A DNA stretch of 64,000 bases from Spirochaetia bacterium (lineage in GTDB: Bacteria; Spirochaetota; Spirochaetia; UBA9216), in the NCBI GenBank assembly GCA_963675665.1, contig OY776510.1, positions 3,168,001-3,232,000 of the forward strand. The letters run 5' to 3'. A program made the translations under genes and the position numbers. This document shows positions 25,299 to 34,306 of the stretch, piece by piece. The stretch's first letter is position 1. Each line of letters starts with the position of its first letter. A model generated the notes under the pieces. The model saw only the letters and a list, made by a program, of their open reading frames with translations. It made no database searches and had not been told where the DNA came from.

Positions 25299-25374
25299 TC
25301 TCAATATATAAAAACTATAAAGGTGTTCAACGAACGACCTCTCAAGTGTTTACAGATAAAAATATATCAATTTT

Positions 25375-26061
25375 TTACCCTTTTATCAATATCCGAAGCA
25401 CATCTTTTGCCGATTTAGCGGTTAAAAACTCGTTAAAATCGACATTATTTCTTAAAAAGGTGTTAATTTTAGCGATTATGCGCAAATGTGCAATCTCGTT
25501 GTTTGTATATATAAGGAAAAATAATTTTACGGGTTTTCCGTCAATAGCTCCGAATTCAATACCGTCTTTACAGATACCGATTACTATTACAGGTCTGTGT
25601 GAAGTATTTTCCCTGGGATTCCTGATGTGGGGCATTGCTACGCCGTTGCCAAGCCCGGTGCTTATCATATTTTCACGTGACAGAAGTTTGATAACGAAAG
25701 CGTCATGATCATTAACAAGACCTGCCTCAACAAGGGGTTTTGACAGGGCTCTAAGAACTGATTCAGCATCACCGGGGGCCAGTTCAGTAAGAATGAATTC
25801 TTCACTTGTAAGTCTGGATAACGGAACGCTGTCTGGATCCATCTGCATCAGATTTGTTAAATCATCAGTATGGATTGTATTCATTTTATTTAAAATCCAG
25901 TCGTCTATAAGACCTTTATCGAATCGCCACTGACTTGCAATTTTAACGCAAGGTATTTCATCTTTCTGAATCATCCTTAAAACTGTTTTTTCGGCAACTT
26001 TTAGATAATTTGCAATTTCAGCAAGAGTAAGTAAATTACCGGATAATACCTTGTTTTCCAT
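25375..26061 (-). CDS. PTS EIIA (Ntr/fructose-type) protein with N-terminal HTH_17 DNA-binding domain
   Basis: LLTLAEIANYLKVAEKTVLRMIQKDEIPCVKIASQWRF (HTH_17) plus RENMISTGLGNGVAMPH (phospho-His) and FGAIDGKPV. Confidence 0.92.
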   Translation of the reverse strand: MENKVLSGNLLTLAEIANYLKVAEKTVLRMIQKDEIPCVKIASQWRFDKGLIDDWILNKMNTIHTDDLTNLMQMDPDSVPLSRLTSEEFILTELAPGDAESVLRALSKPLVEAGLVNDHDAFVIKLLSRENMISTGLGNGVAMPHIRNPRENTSHRPVIVIGICKDGIEFGAIDGKPVKLFFLIYTNNEIAHLRIIAKINTFLRNNVDFNEFLTAKSAKDVLRILIKG

Positions 26062-26071
26062 GAAAGCCCCT

Positions 26072-26118
26072 TTATAGTCTTGTGATGTCCATTATAGTCT
26101 ATTTTTGTACTTAGTCAA
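26072..26118 (-). promoter_or_regulatory. Promoter overlapped by 10-bp-phased direct repeats
   Basis: TTGACT-16-TATAAT. Repeats AGACTATAA / GGACATCAC / AGACTATAA at 26100-26092, 26090-26082 and 26080-26072. Confidence 0.6.
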
Positions 26119-27191
26119 GTATTAGAGAACCTGATCATTGTACTATGAACATATTTTTCTCCGGGGCGGAGAATACAGGACGGAAAAGAAGGCTGGTTCG
26201 GGGCATCGGGAAAATTCTGGGTTTCAAGACACAGACCGGAATGTATCTGATAAACACCGCTTCTTCCGTGTTCATTATTGATAAAATTACCTGTATAGAA
26301 CTGAACTCCAGGCTGGCTTGTAAAAAACTCAAGTTTTCTTCCTGTTGATGGACAGACAAGAACTGCAAAAGGATCGGCTTTTTTTACAGCGGAAGCTGCT
26401 TCAGCGGAACCTGTGCCGACAGTGTTTTTATCGTAATTTCCGGTAACCCAGCAGTGGTCATACCCTCCGGCTTCTGCAATGTCGGTTCCGATACGTTTGG
26501 GCTTCTGAAAGTCAAAAGGTGTCCCTGCCGTTTCGTGAAGTTTGCCTATAGGTATCTGAACATCGTTGACCGGAATATACCGGCTGCAGTCAAGAGCGAT
26601 TTCGTGATCAAGAATATCGGTTTTTTCAGGGTCATCAAGGTTCCAGTAAACATGATTGGTAAGATTAATCGGGGTTGCCTTTTGGGTAATTGCCTCATAA
26701 TCGAAAAATAATTCGTTATTTTCAGTAAGTGTATATGATGCTGTAACTTCCAGAGTTCCCGGAAATCCTTCTTCTCCGTCATCACTTACATAAGTGAAAC
26801 GAACACCGGCTTTTGAATCTTCTTTAAACGGAAAAATATCCCAGATTTGTTTGTCGAAACCGCCGGGACCACCGTGAAGGCTGTTGGGACCGTTATTTGC
26901 CGCAAGTTTGTAATCAATACCGTCGAGATTAAATTTCGCATCCGCAATACGATTGCCGAAACGCCCGATGGTGCTTCCGAAGTATGGGTGTCCGGCTTCA
27001 TATGATGCAAGATCCGCCTTGCCCAGGGTTACCTCGCCTGAATTGCCGTTTTTATCCGGGCATTTAACCGAAATAAGCGTAGCCCCGTAACTTATGACTG
27101 AAAAGGAAATTTTATTACTGTTTGATACAGTTACTATATCAATCCGATCTCCGGATTTTGTTTTTCCATATGTGTTACCTTCAATTTTCAT
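26115..27191 (-). CDS. galM: Aldose 1-epimerase (galactose mutarotase)
   Basis: GRFGNRI, NSLHGG, NLTNHVYWNL, GYDH, QFYTGN, CLETQ. Start moved to ATG 27191. Confidence 0.95.
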   Translation of the reverse strand: MKIEGNTYGKTKSGDRIDIVTVSNSNKISFSVISYGATLISVKCPDKNGNSGEVTLGKADLASYEAGHPYFGSTIGRFGNRIADAKFNLDGIDYKLAANNGPNSLHGGPGGFDKQIWDIFPFKEDSKAGVRFTYVSDDGEEGFPGTLEVTASYTLTENNELFFDYEAITQKATPINLTNHVYWNLDDPEKTDILDHEIALDCSRYIPVNDVQIPIGKLHETAGTPFDFQKPKRIGTDIAEAGGYDHCWVTGNYDKNTVGTGSAEAASAVKKADPFAVLVCPSTGRKLEFFTSQPGVQFYTGNFINNEHGRSGVYQIHSGLCLETQNFPDAPNQPSFPSCILRPGEKYVHSTMIRFSNT

Positions 27192-28929
27192 TTTTAATCT
27201 CTCCAAGTAATATTTTAAGCTGTTTAATTTCATTGACGATTTTATTTTTATCCATGTTACGAAAGCTTTCAGGTATCATTTCACGGCTTGTACATTCAAG
27301 CACTGCAGCGAGGTTCTGTAGATCGATCTCATGGGGGTAGGTAGGAGGAAGAAATTCGCGGGCGGTGTTTTCAATATCGTTATCGTTGATAACAACACGG
27401 TTATCAAGCGCCGCGCTGAACCTGGCCCTGATAAGAATTGCTTCAAGATCTGCCCCGGAAAGAGTCAGGTGATATTTTCGGAGCATCCGCGAAACGGCAA
27501 ATCCCGTTGTTTTAAGTTTAAGTTTCTGTAGCAGAATATTAAAAAGTTCGTCAATCTCGGTATCGTTCTGGGGGAAAAACAGTGCAAGGTGTTCTTCGGC
27601 GCGGCCCTGGCGTTTCAGGTCTATAGGGATTAGATCGGGCCGGTTTGTTGCAATAAACCATATGATCTTGCCGCGAAAGGCCGTGTTTCCCATGAAATCG
27701 GCTATCCGCGCGAAAAGGCTTCCCGACTGGCTTCTGCTGCTCTTGCTTCCATGACCCAGAAGAGTGTCGGCTTCATCAATAAGTACGCCGACCGGAGCCA
27801 TCGCCTTAATTATATTCATTACCTTGTCGAAGTTTGAATCGGTAGCGCCGGCCCAGCCTGCCTTGAACTTGACAATAGGTATGCCGACCTCTCCGGCAAA
27901 GGCTGTTACCAGGAAAGTTTTACCGGTGCCTACGGGTCCTGAAATCAGGTAACCCATGGGCAGAACTTCAAGCTGACCTTTTTTGATGGCTTTCGCTGCA
28001 TTTTTTAGCCTTGATTTAACGAATTTCTGACCTGCTATCATTGAAAGATCATACTCGGTTTCGATAAATTCAAGCAGTCCGGCCGCTTCGTTTTCTATAA
28101 TCTCCTTCTTTTTATCGCGGAGATAATCTATGGTTATGGTTCTGTCTTCCTGAAATGATTCCGCCGCAATCTGGTTGAGATTCATCAGGTTGAGACCGCT
28201 GGTTACGGATGCAACCCTGTCGGTGTTTAACCTGCTTTCAAGCAGAAGGTAATCGCGGTTTGCGGTAAAATTGAGAAAAGCTTTGCGAACATTAAAATCG
28301 GGAAGGGGAATGCTGAGTTTAACAGTATTCGGGGAACGTACAAGACGACTGTTTACATCGGAAAGTGTTTCCGACAGCAGCATAATCGAAATATCGCCCT
28401 GGGTAAAAATGGGATCATGCGCCCAGCGGTTGAGGGTAACCAGACAGAAGCGGTCTTCTTCGGATAATTCCGAAATTTCCGCATTGGGAACGATGGTCTC
28501 GGCAAAATCGATGATGAGTACAATCCTGAGTTTCTTTGAAATATTCATAAGAAAATATTTTTCAAGATTACTGAAAGCCTCTGAAGGTCCGGACGACATA
28601 AGTTCCTGTTCCGTTTTTTCAGGAAAGGTTTTACGCATCATATTAATATAATTATTCTGCATTTCCCGATCGCAGAAATTAATACCGGAAGATCGGTCGT
28701 AAAATACTATTATATCCTTGTTGCCGAACAGAACCTCGGAAATGAACTCCTGTATCCGGACAAAAACAAATTCACCCTCATACATTTTGTTCGGAAGAAA
28801 ATCCCTGATATTTCCGTGAATAAGATAAAGGTTGGCTGTTTCAGAACAGTATTTGTAAGACAATTCCTGGGCCCAGCCCGGAAGAACCTTTATGAACTCA
28901 AGATTTTTTAAAATAAGCTGTTCTGCCAT
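27181..28929 (-). CDS. AAA+ family ATPase
   Basis: Walker A GPVGTGKT, Walker B VLIDEAD, sensor 1 ATNRPD, Arg finger LKRQGR. The N-terminal half looks like a degenerate AAA module. Confidence 0.88.
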   Translation of the reverse strand: MAEQLILKNLEFIKVLPGWAQELSYKYCSETANLYLIHGNIRDFLPNKMYEGEFVFVRIQEFISEVLFGNKDIIVFYDRSSGINFCDREMQNNYINMMRKTFPEKTEQELMSSGPSEAFSNLEKYFLMNISKKLRIVLIIDFAETIVPNAEISELSEEDRFCLVTLNRWAHDPIFTQGDISIMLLSETLSDVNSRLVRSPNTVKLSIPLPDFNVRKAFLNFTANRDYLLLESRLNTDRVASVTSGLNLMNLNQIAAESFQEDRTITIDYLRDKKKEIIENEAAGLLEFIETEYDLSMIAGQKFVKSRLKNAAKAIKKGQLEVLPMGYLISGPVGTGKTFLVTAFAGEVGIPIVKFKAGWAGATDSNFDKVMNIIKAMAPVGVLIDEADTLLGHGSKSSRSQSGSLFARIADFMGNTAFRGKIIWFIATNRPDLIPIDLKRQGRAEEHLALFFPQNDTEIDELFNILLQKLKLKTTGFAVSRMLRKYHLTLSGADLEAILIRARFSAALDNRVVINDNDIENTAREFLPPTYPHEIDLQNLAAVLECTSREMIPESFRNMDKNKIVNEIKQLKILLGEIKNEN

Positions 28930-28962
28930 TTCCCCTCCGTGGATTATGATAATATTATATGC

Positions 28963-30807
28963 TCATTGGGGCTTTTTGTCAGCAGAGTAAATTACAACTT
29001 TGTTCCGTCCACTGTTTTTCGCACGATAAAGGGCGGAATCGGCATGCTGGAGTGTTTTTTCAAGGCTTCCGTCCGGTTCAGCTGCGGCTATCCCTATACT
29101 TACTGTCAGCCCGGGAACCCCTTCTGTATTTTTTACTGTACTGGTTTCGGTTCTGAGCCTGATCCTTTCAGCGGCAAGGAACGCTTTTTCAAGATCTGTA
29201 TCTGGCAAAATCACTGAAAACTCTTCTCCTCCAAGCCGTCCGGCAATATCCTGGGACCTGAGGTTTTCCCTGCATATTTGTGCAAAATGTTTCAGGGCTT
29301 TGTCGCCGGTTGAGTGTCCATGGATATCATTAATCATTTTGAAATTATCCAGATCGAACATTAAAACAGATAATTTACGTCCGCTTCGCTGGTAAATTGA
29401 GAATTCGCGTTCGCCCAGATGCATAAAATATCTTCTGTTGTAAAAACCCGTAAGAAAATCTGTAGAAGCCATTTCCTTCAGCTTGAGAGAGGCTTCACGG
29501 CGTTCGCTTATATCCTCAAAGATCCAGACAACACCTTTATCCGGATCGGGCGGATCATTCTGATCTATTGCTTTTCCCGAGACACTCATCCATATATGAG
29601 AACCGTTTTTATGCTTAAAGGGATATTCTACCTGAATTACCTCGCGATTTATCAGCGCCTGATAATATTTTTGACCGAACTCTTCCGCGTTTTCTTTGGA
29701 AATATGAAACTCTTCAACCAGTTTGCCTTTTAAATAATCCGGGTCGTCATAACCGAAAATATCAGCTATTCTCCGGTTTACCCTGTATATTTTTCTGCCG
29801 CCGCGGAGAATCACTATCCCGACAAGGCTGTTTGAAAAATAAATATCAAGCTCGTTAAGGGCTTCCTGAAGCTCACTGTTTGTTTTCAGTTGAGAAAGAT
29901 GTGCATTAAGAATAAAAACCCCAAGAATGTGAACGACAACCAGACTTAAAAGAATAATAAAGAGTGTAAACCATATGTCGCTTAAAGGATAACTTTCATC
30001 TTCAATTATGATGTAAAGGGGTAAATCGGCTATTTTCCTGCTGCCTGTATATCCGGCTTTTATATTGAATTTGTAGCCCGGTGAATATTCCAGGTATTCA
30101 TTATTATCATCCGGTAAAAGAATGTTTTCGAATCCGGAATATTTTTCACCGATAGCTGAGTGGTTTTCGGAATTATTTGCAAGCAGGATTCCTTCTGAAT
30201 CGATTATTGTAATCAGCCCCGAGCCTTCATAATCAAGTTTTGAGATCCATTCGGCGAAAGATTCAAGGTTGATAGCTATAATTACCATAGCGGTGAATCC
30301 ATTGTTAATTAATTCGTAGTTTAACCCCTGGGCAATTAAAAGATAGCCCTCCGGAGATTTAAAGGCGCTGCTTATGATATACTTCGTCTCCGGATTATCT
30401 TTCATTTCTTTGAAGAATGTATTATCACCGAGATCGAAACCGTCGACCGAAGTCGAATACGACAGTATACCGTTCATGTCGATTACACCTGAAAATGCGG
30501 TGTGTGGAAATGAAGAAGAAATAAGGTTCAGTATTCGGGTATATGATTTATATATTGATATATTTTCCGGAGGGTAATGGATTTCTTCCGAAGGCAATTG
30601 CATACGCATTTTCTCAAGAATAAACCTGTTTGACTGGAAATACTCATTTATCCACTCGCCGAGGATATAAGAATTATTTTTTAATTCTATGCTTCTGTCG
30701 GTTTTTGCTTTGGAATAGGAGATCAAAAAGAACAAAATTGCGAAGAGGATGGAAATAAATGAAAATATGATAAAAATAAGGTAACTTGCCTGTTTCTGCC
30801 TTGCCAT
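28963..30807 (-). CDS. Membrane sensor diguanylate cyclase (Cache-like, PAS, GGEEF)
   Basis: Two TM helices around a periplasmic domain, PAS/PAC ending in EDISERR, DFLTGFYNRR, DLDNFKMIND, and I-site RSQD before GRLGGEEF. Confidence 0.93.
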   Translation of the reverse strand: MARQKQASYLIFIIFSFISILFAILFFLISYSKAKTDRSIELKNNSYILGEWINEYFQSNRFILEKMRMQLPSEEIHYPPENISIYKSYTRILNLISSSFPHTAFSGVIDMNGILSYSTSVDGFDLGDNTFFKEMKDNPETKYIISSAFKSPEGYLLIAQGLNYELINNGFTAMVIIAINLESFAEWISKLDYEGSGLITIIDSEGILLANNSENHSAIGEKYSGFENILLPDDNNEYLEYSPGYKFNIKAGYTGSRKIADLPLYIIIEDESYPLSDIWFTLFIILLSLVVVHILGVFILNAHLSQLKTNSELQEALNELDIYFSNSLVGIVILRGGRKIYRVNRRIADIFGYDDPDYLKGKLVEEFHISKENAEEFGQKYYQALINREVIQVEYPFKHKNGSHIWMSVSGKAIDQNDPPDPDKGVVWIFEDISERREASLKLKEMASTDFLTGFYNRRYFMHLGEREFSIYQRSGRKLSVLMFDLDNFKMINDIHGHSTGDKALKHFAQICRENLRSQDIAGRLGGEEFSVILPDTDLEKAFLAAERIRLRTETSTVKNTEGVPGLTVSIGIAAAEPDGSLEKTLQHADSALYRAKNSGRNKVVIYSADKKPQ

Positions 30808-30886
30808 GATCTTGATTATAATTGACTATAAGTTAAATTTAAATAAAACACTTGAAAATAATTTAACTAACAGAGAGGTTTTCTTC

Positions 30887-31336
30887 ATGATTGAAATATA
30901 TACCGACGGAGGATGTTCGGGAAATCCGGGGCCGGGCGGGTGGGCTTTTGTTCTGACCGTCGGAGATGTTCAGATAAGGAAATCCGGGGGAGAACCTGAT
31001 ACGACAAACAACCGGATGGAGCTTTCAGCGGTTATTAATGCGCTTAAAGATGTGAAAGCAAGCCCTCAGTGGAGCGCGCAGACGGTAATGATTTTTACTG
31101 ATTCCCAGTATGTCAAGAACGGAATAACCTTATGGATAAACAACTGGGTCAGAAACGGCTGGAAAACATCCGCGAAAAAACCGGTTAAAAATAAAGAATA
31201 CTGGGTTGAGCTTAAAGAGCTTACCGATTCTTTACAGGTTGAATGGCGATGGGTTAAGGGGCACGCCGGAAATGAACTGAATGAAGAGTGCGATTCAATG
31301 GTCGGAGCCGAAATGGCCAAATACACCGCTAAATAA
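30887..31336 (+). CDS. rnhA: Ribonuclease HI
   Basis: IYTDGGCSGNPGPGG, TTNNRMEL, TDSQYV, WVKGHAG, NEECD. Start moved to ATG 30887, SD GAGG. Confidence 0.97.
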   Translation: MIEIYTDGGCSGNPGPGGWAFVLTVGDVQIRKSGGEPDTTNNRMELSAVINALKDVKASPQWSAQTVMIFTDSQYVKNGITLWINNWVRNGWKTSAKKPVKNKEYWVELKELTDSLQVEWRWVKGHAGNELNEECDSMVGAEMAKYTAK

Positions 31337-31409
31337 ATAACCAGGAAGCAGCATATATAAATCGGAAGCATGAAGAAAAAACAGTGTTATAGAATGTTAA
31401 GGACGAATA

Positions 31410-32963
31410 ATGACTATAACCAGTTTTACTTCCAACAGCTTTGACGGAAAACTTGTCAGGGTTGAAGTTGATATCAGACGCGGAATTCCCGGGGTTGATA
31501 TTATCGGCCTGCCCGACGGTGCAGTTCTTGAATCCAGGGACAGGCTGCGCGCCGCGCTGCGCAACAGCGGTTTTGAAGTGCCGAAAGGCAGAATACTTAT
31601 CAACCTGGCTCCTGCGGGAATACGTAAAGAGGGAGCATCGTTTGATCTTGCCATTGCGGCAGCCGTGCTTGTGCAGTCCGGAGTTATAAGTACTGTTCCG
31701 TCCTGCGAAGTAATGATCCTGGGAGAACTGATGCTGTCGGGTGAAATACGACCTGTAACCGGGGTACTTTCAGCCGTTGCCGCGGCAGCAAAGGCTGATA
31801 TCAGTCTTGTTATTGTGCCCGGTCAGAACCTGGCTGAAGCCTGTTCTTTGGGGCGTAAAGATATTTACGGTATAAAAACCATATCCGAACTTCCTTCTCT
31901 TCTCACCGCGTTTGTTCACGGCGCCGGCCTGAAGGATTTTGAAAATGAGGAAACGCATCAAGAAAATGAAACAGAAGACAGAATAAAGCCCCAGGTGGAT
32001 TTTTGTGATATAAAAGGACTTCCGTTTGTAAAGCGCGCTCTTGAAATAGCAGCTGCCGGACGGCACAATGCCCTTCTTTTCGGACCGCCCGGAGGGGGTA
32101 AAACAATTTGCAGCAGGGCGTTATCCGGGATTCTGCCTTCACTTGACCGCAAAGAGGCTATCGAGGTTACCCGTATCTATTCGGCCGCCGGCATGCTGCC
32201 GGAAGGGGCCGGCCTGATAACCCTGCCTCCGTTTCGGGAACCGCACCATTCAGCTTCGGAAGAAGGTCTTATCGGAGGCGGCAGAACGGTTAAGCCCGGA
32301 GAAGTCTCTCTTGCGCACAAGGGAGTGCTCTTTCTTGACGAAACACCTGAATTCAGCAAGAACCTGCTGCAGTCTCTGCGTGAGCCGGCTGAAGAGGGGC
32401 GGGTCGATATAGCCCGGGCCGGAAGAAGCTGCATCTATCCTGCTGATTTTCAGCTGATTCTTGCGGCTAATCCGTGTCCGTGCGGAAACCTGGGCAAAAA
32501 AGAGGCGGTGTGCGTATGCAGCCGAAAGGAAGTGCTGTCATACTGGAAAAAACTGGGAGGAGCTCTTCTTGATCGAATTGATATAAGAATACCTGTACAG
32601 CCGACAGCAGTTGACATTTATTCAGCCGGAGACGAGGAAAAAAGCAGCAGCATACGCAATAGAATCTGCAGGGCTGTTGAATTGCAGCGCAAGCGGTATA
32701 ACGGCGAACCATTCAGCAGGAATGCGAGAATACCGCAGGGGAAACTGAAGCAGTATTGCGGAATGAATGATCAGGCTGAAAAGACATATCTGGAAGCTGT
32801 CAGGAAAATGAATATTTCCTCAAGGGCATGTGTTTCAATTATTAAAACGGCACGCAGTATCGCCGACCTCCGATTCGGAGAAATTATTAATGAAGATGAT
32901 ATTCTCGAAGCTGTACAGCATAGGCGGTACGGTGAGCAGGATTTTTTCTGGAGTAAAATCTGA
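31410..32963 (+). CDS. comM: YifB/ComM Mg-chelatase-like AAA ATPase
   Basis: INLAPAGIRKEGASFDLAIA, GPPGGGKT, PFREPHHSAS, PGEVSLAHKGVLFLDE, ANPCPCG, LLDRID. Confidence 0.92.
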   Translation: MTITSFTSNSFDGKLVRVEVDIRRGIPGVDIIGLPDGAVLESRDRLRAALRNSGFEVPKGRILINLAPAGIRKEGASFDLAIAAAVLVQSGVISTVPSCEVMILGELMLSGEIRPVTGVLSAVAAAAKADISLVIVPGQNLAEACSLGRKDIYGIKTISELPSLLTAFVHGAGLKDFENEETHQENETEDRIKPQVDFCDIKGLPFVKRALEIAAAGRHNALLFGPPGGGKTICSRALSGILPSLDRKEAIEVTRIYSAAGMLPEGAGLITLPPFREPHHSASEEGLIGGGRTVKPGEVSLAHKGVLFLDETPEFSKNLLQSLREPAEEGRVDIARAGRSCIYPADFQLILAANPCPCGNLGKKEAVCVCSRKEVLSYWKKLGGALLDRIDIRIPVQPTAVDIYSAGDEEKSSSIRNRICRAVELQRKRYNGEPFSRNARIPQGKLKQYCGMNDQAEKTYLEAVRKMNISSRACVSIIKTARSIADLRFGEIINEDDILEAVQHRRYGEQDFFWSKI

Positions 32964-33073
32964 AGAAAAAATAAACTGAACCGTAATTGCTTTACTATAA
33001 TGGACTTTCCGTATAGAAATTTACCTCAATTAAAAGTATATTTAGGTGTAGATCTTTGAGGAGGAAGGTTCGG

Positions 33074-34297
33074 ATGAAATTATACAGCCGCGGCCAGGTT
33101 ACTGTTATAGCTGTCTCTGCCGCTTTGCTTGCTTTCTTTTTGGTATTGGGGTTCGGCTTTTTTAAATTGCCGTCTTCAACCGACGAGCCTGTTGTTGAAG
33201 TTCAAAGCCCGCCGGCCTTTCAAATCCAGCAAAGCGCCATTTCTGAAACGAACCTTCTTCAGGTTTCTGATTACAGTTCATACTCGGAAGAGGAACGTAA
33301 TACGATTAATATTTACGAAAGCATGAATGAAGCTGTTGTAAATATTTCAACTGAAACGATGGGAATAAATTTTTTCCTTGAACCGGTGCCTATGGAAGGC
33401 GGTACAGGCTCCGGGTCTATTATCGATAACCGCGGGTATGTGCTTACGAATTATCATGTGGTTGAAGATGCATACAAGGTTTTTATCACTTTATACGATG
33501 AAAGTACGCATGAAGGTGATGTTGTCGGGCGCGATCAGGAGAACGATCTTGCAATTATCAAGTTTGATCCCGACGGAAAACAGCTGACGACAATACCTTT
33601 CGGGACTTCAACAGGCCTGAGAGTGGGTCAGAAAGTTCTTGCAATAGGAAATCCGTACGGTTATGACCGGACCCTGACTGTAGGAATTGTGTCCGGCCTG
33701 GGAAGACCGGTAAAAACCAGCAGCGGAATTGTAATTCAGGGCATGATTCAGACCGACGCTTCAATCAACCCCGGTAATTCCGGAGGCCCGCTGCTTGATT
33801 CAAACGGAAGGATGATAGGAATAAATACAATGATATACAGTCCCACCGGCGGATCTGTCGGCATAGGGTTTTCAGTTCCTGTCGATACGGCTATTCGGGT
33901 TGTTCCTGATCTTATAACCTACGGCGAAGTGAAACGGGGCTGGATAAATATTATACCGATACAGCTTGACCGGAATATCGTCCGCTATGCCAATCTTGCC
34001 GTAAACAAGGGCCTTCTTGTCTCCGAAATTGTTAAAGGCGGAAATGCCGATAAAGCCGGCCTCAGGGGGGGCGATTCAAGCCGGCCCGTTCGTTACGGAC
34101 GGGATACCATATACCTGGGCGGCGATATAATTATCGAAATCGACGGTTTTAAGACGGAAACGATTGCCGACATGTTTACAGCACTCGAGGATAATAAACC
34201 GGGCGAAAAAATAGAGATAGTAGTGGCTCGAGGCCGTCAGAAAAAAACACTTGAGATTGAGTTGTCGGAACGGACGGAAGGTCTCAGCTGGGATTAA
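33074..34297 (+). CDS. htrA: HtrA/DegP-family serine protease with PDZ domain
   Basis: LTNYHVV, DLAIIK, QTDASINPGNSGGPL, PDZ GGDIIIEIDG; N-terminal TM anchor. Confidence 0.93.
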   Translation: MKLYSRGQVTVIAVSAALLAFFLVLGFGFFKLPSSTDEPVVEVQSPPAFQIQQSAISETNLLQVSDYSSYSEEERNTINIYESMNEAVVNISTETMGINFFLEPVPMEGGTGSGSIIDNRGYVLTNYHVVEDAYKVFITLYDESTHEGDVVGRDQENDLAIIKFDPDGKQLTTIPFGTSTGLRVGQKVLAIGNPYGYDRTLTVGIVSGLGRPVKTSSGIVIQGMIQTDASINPGNSGGPLLDSNGRMIGINTMIYSPTGGSVGIGFSVPVDTAIRVVPDLITYGEVKRGWINIIPIQLDRNIVRYANLAVNKGLLVSEIVKGGNADKAGLRGGDSSRPVRYGRDTIYLGGDIIIEIDGFKTETIADMFTALEDNKPGEKIEIVVARGRQKKTLEIELSERTEGLSWD

Positions 34298-34306
34298 AAG
34301 GTAATA

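Noticed and set aside
25238-25708. 156-aa plus-strand ORF next to AAGGAGG
   Set aside because: Mostly antisense to the EIIA gene, the GTG abuts the nearer SD-like sequence, and the product is unrecognisable.
25900-26061. Prophage excisionase
   Set aside because: The HTH_17 domain is fused to a PTS EIIA domain and no phage genes are nearby.
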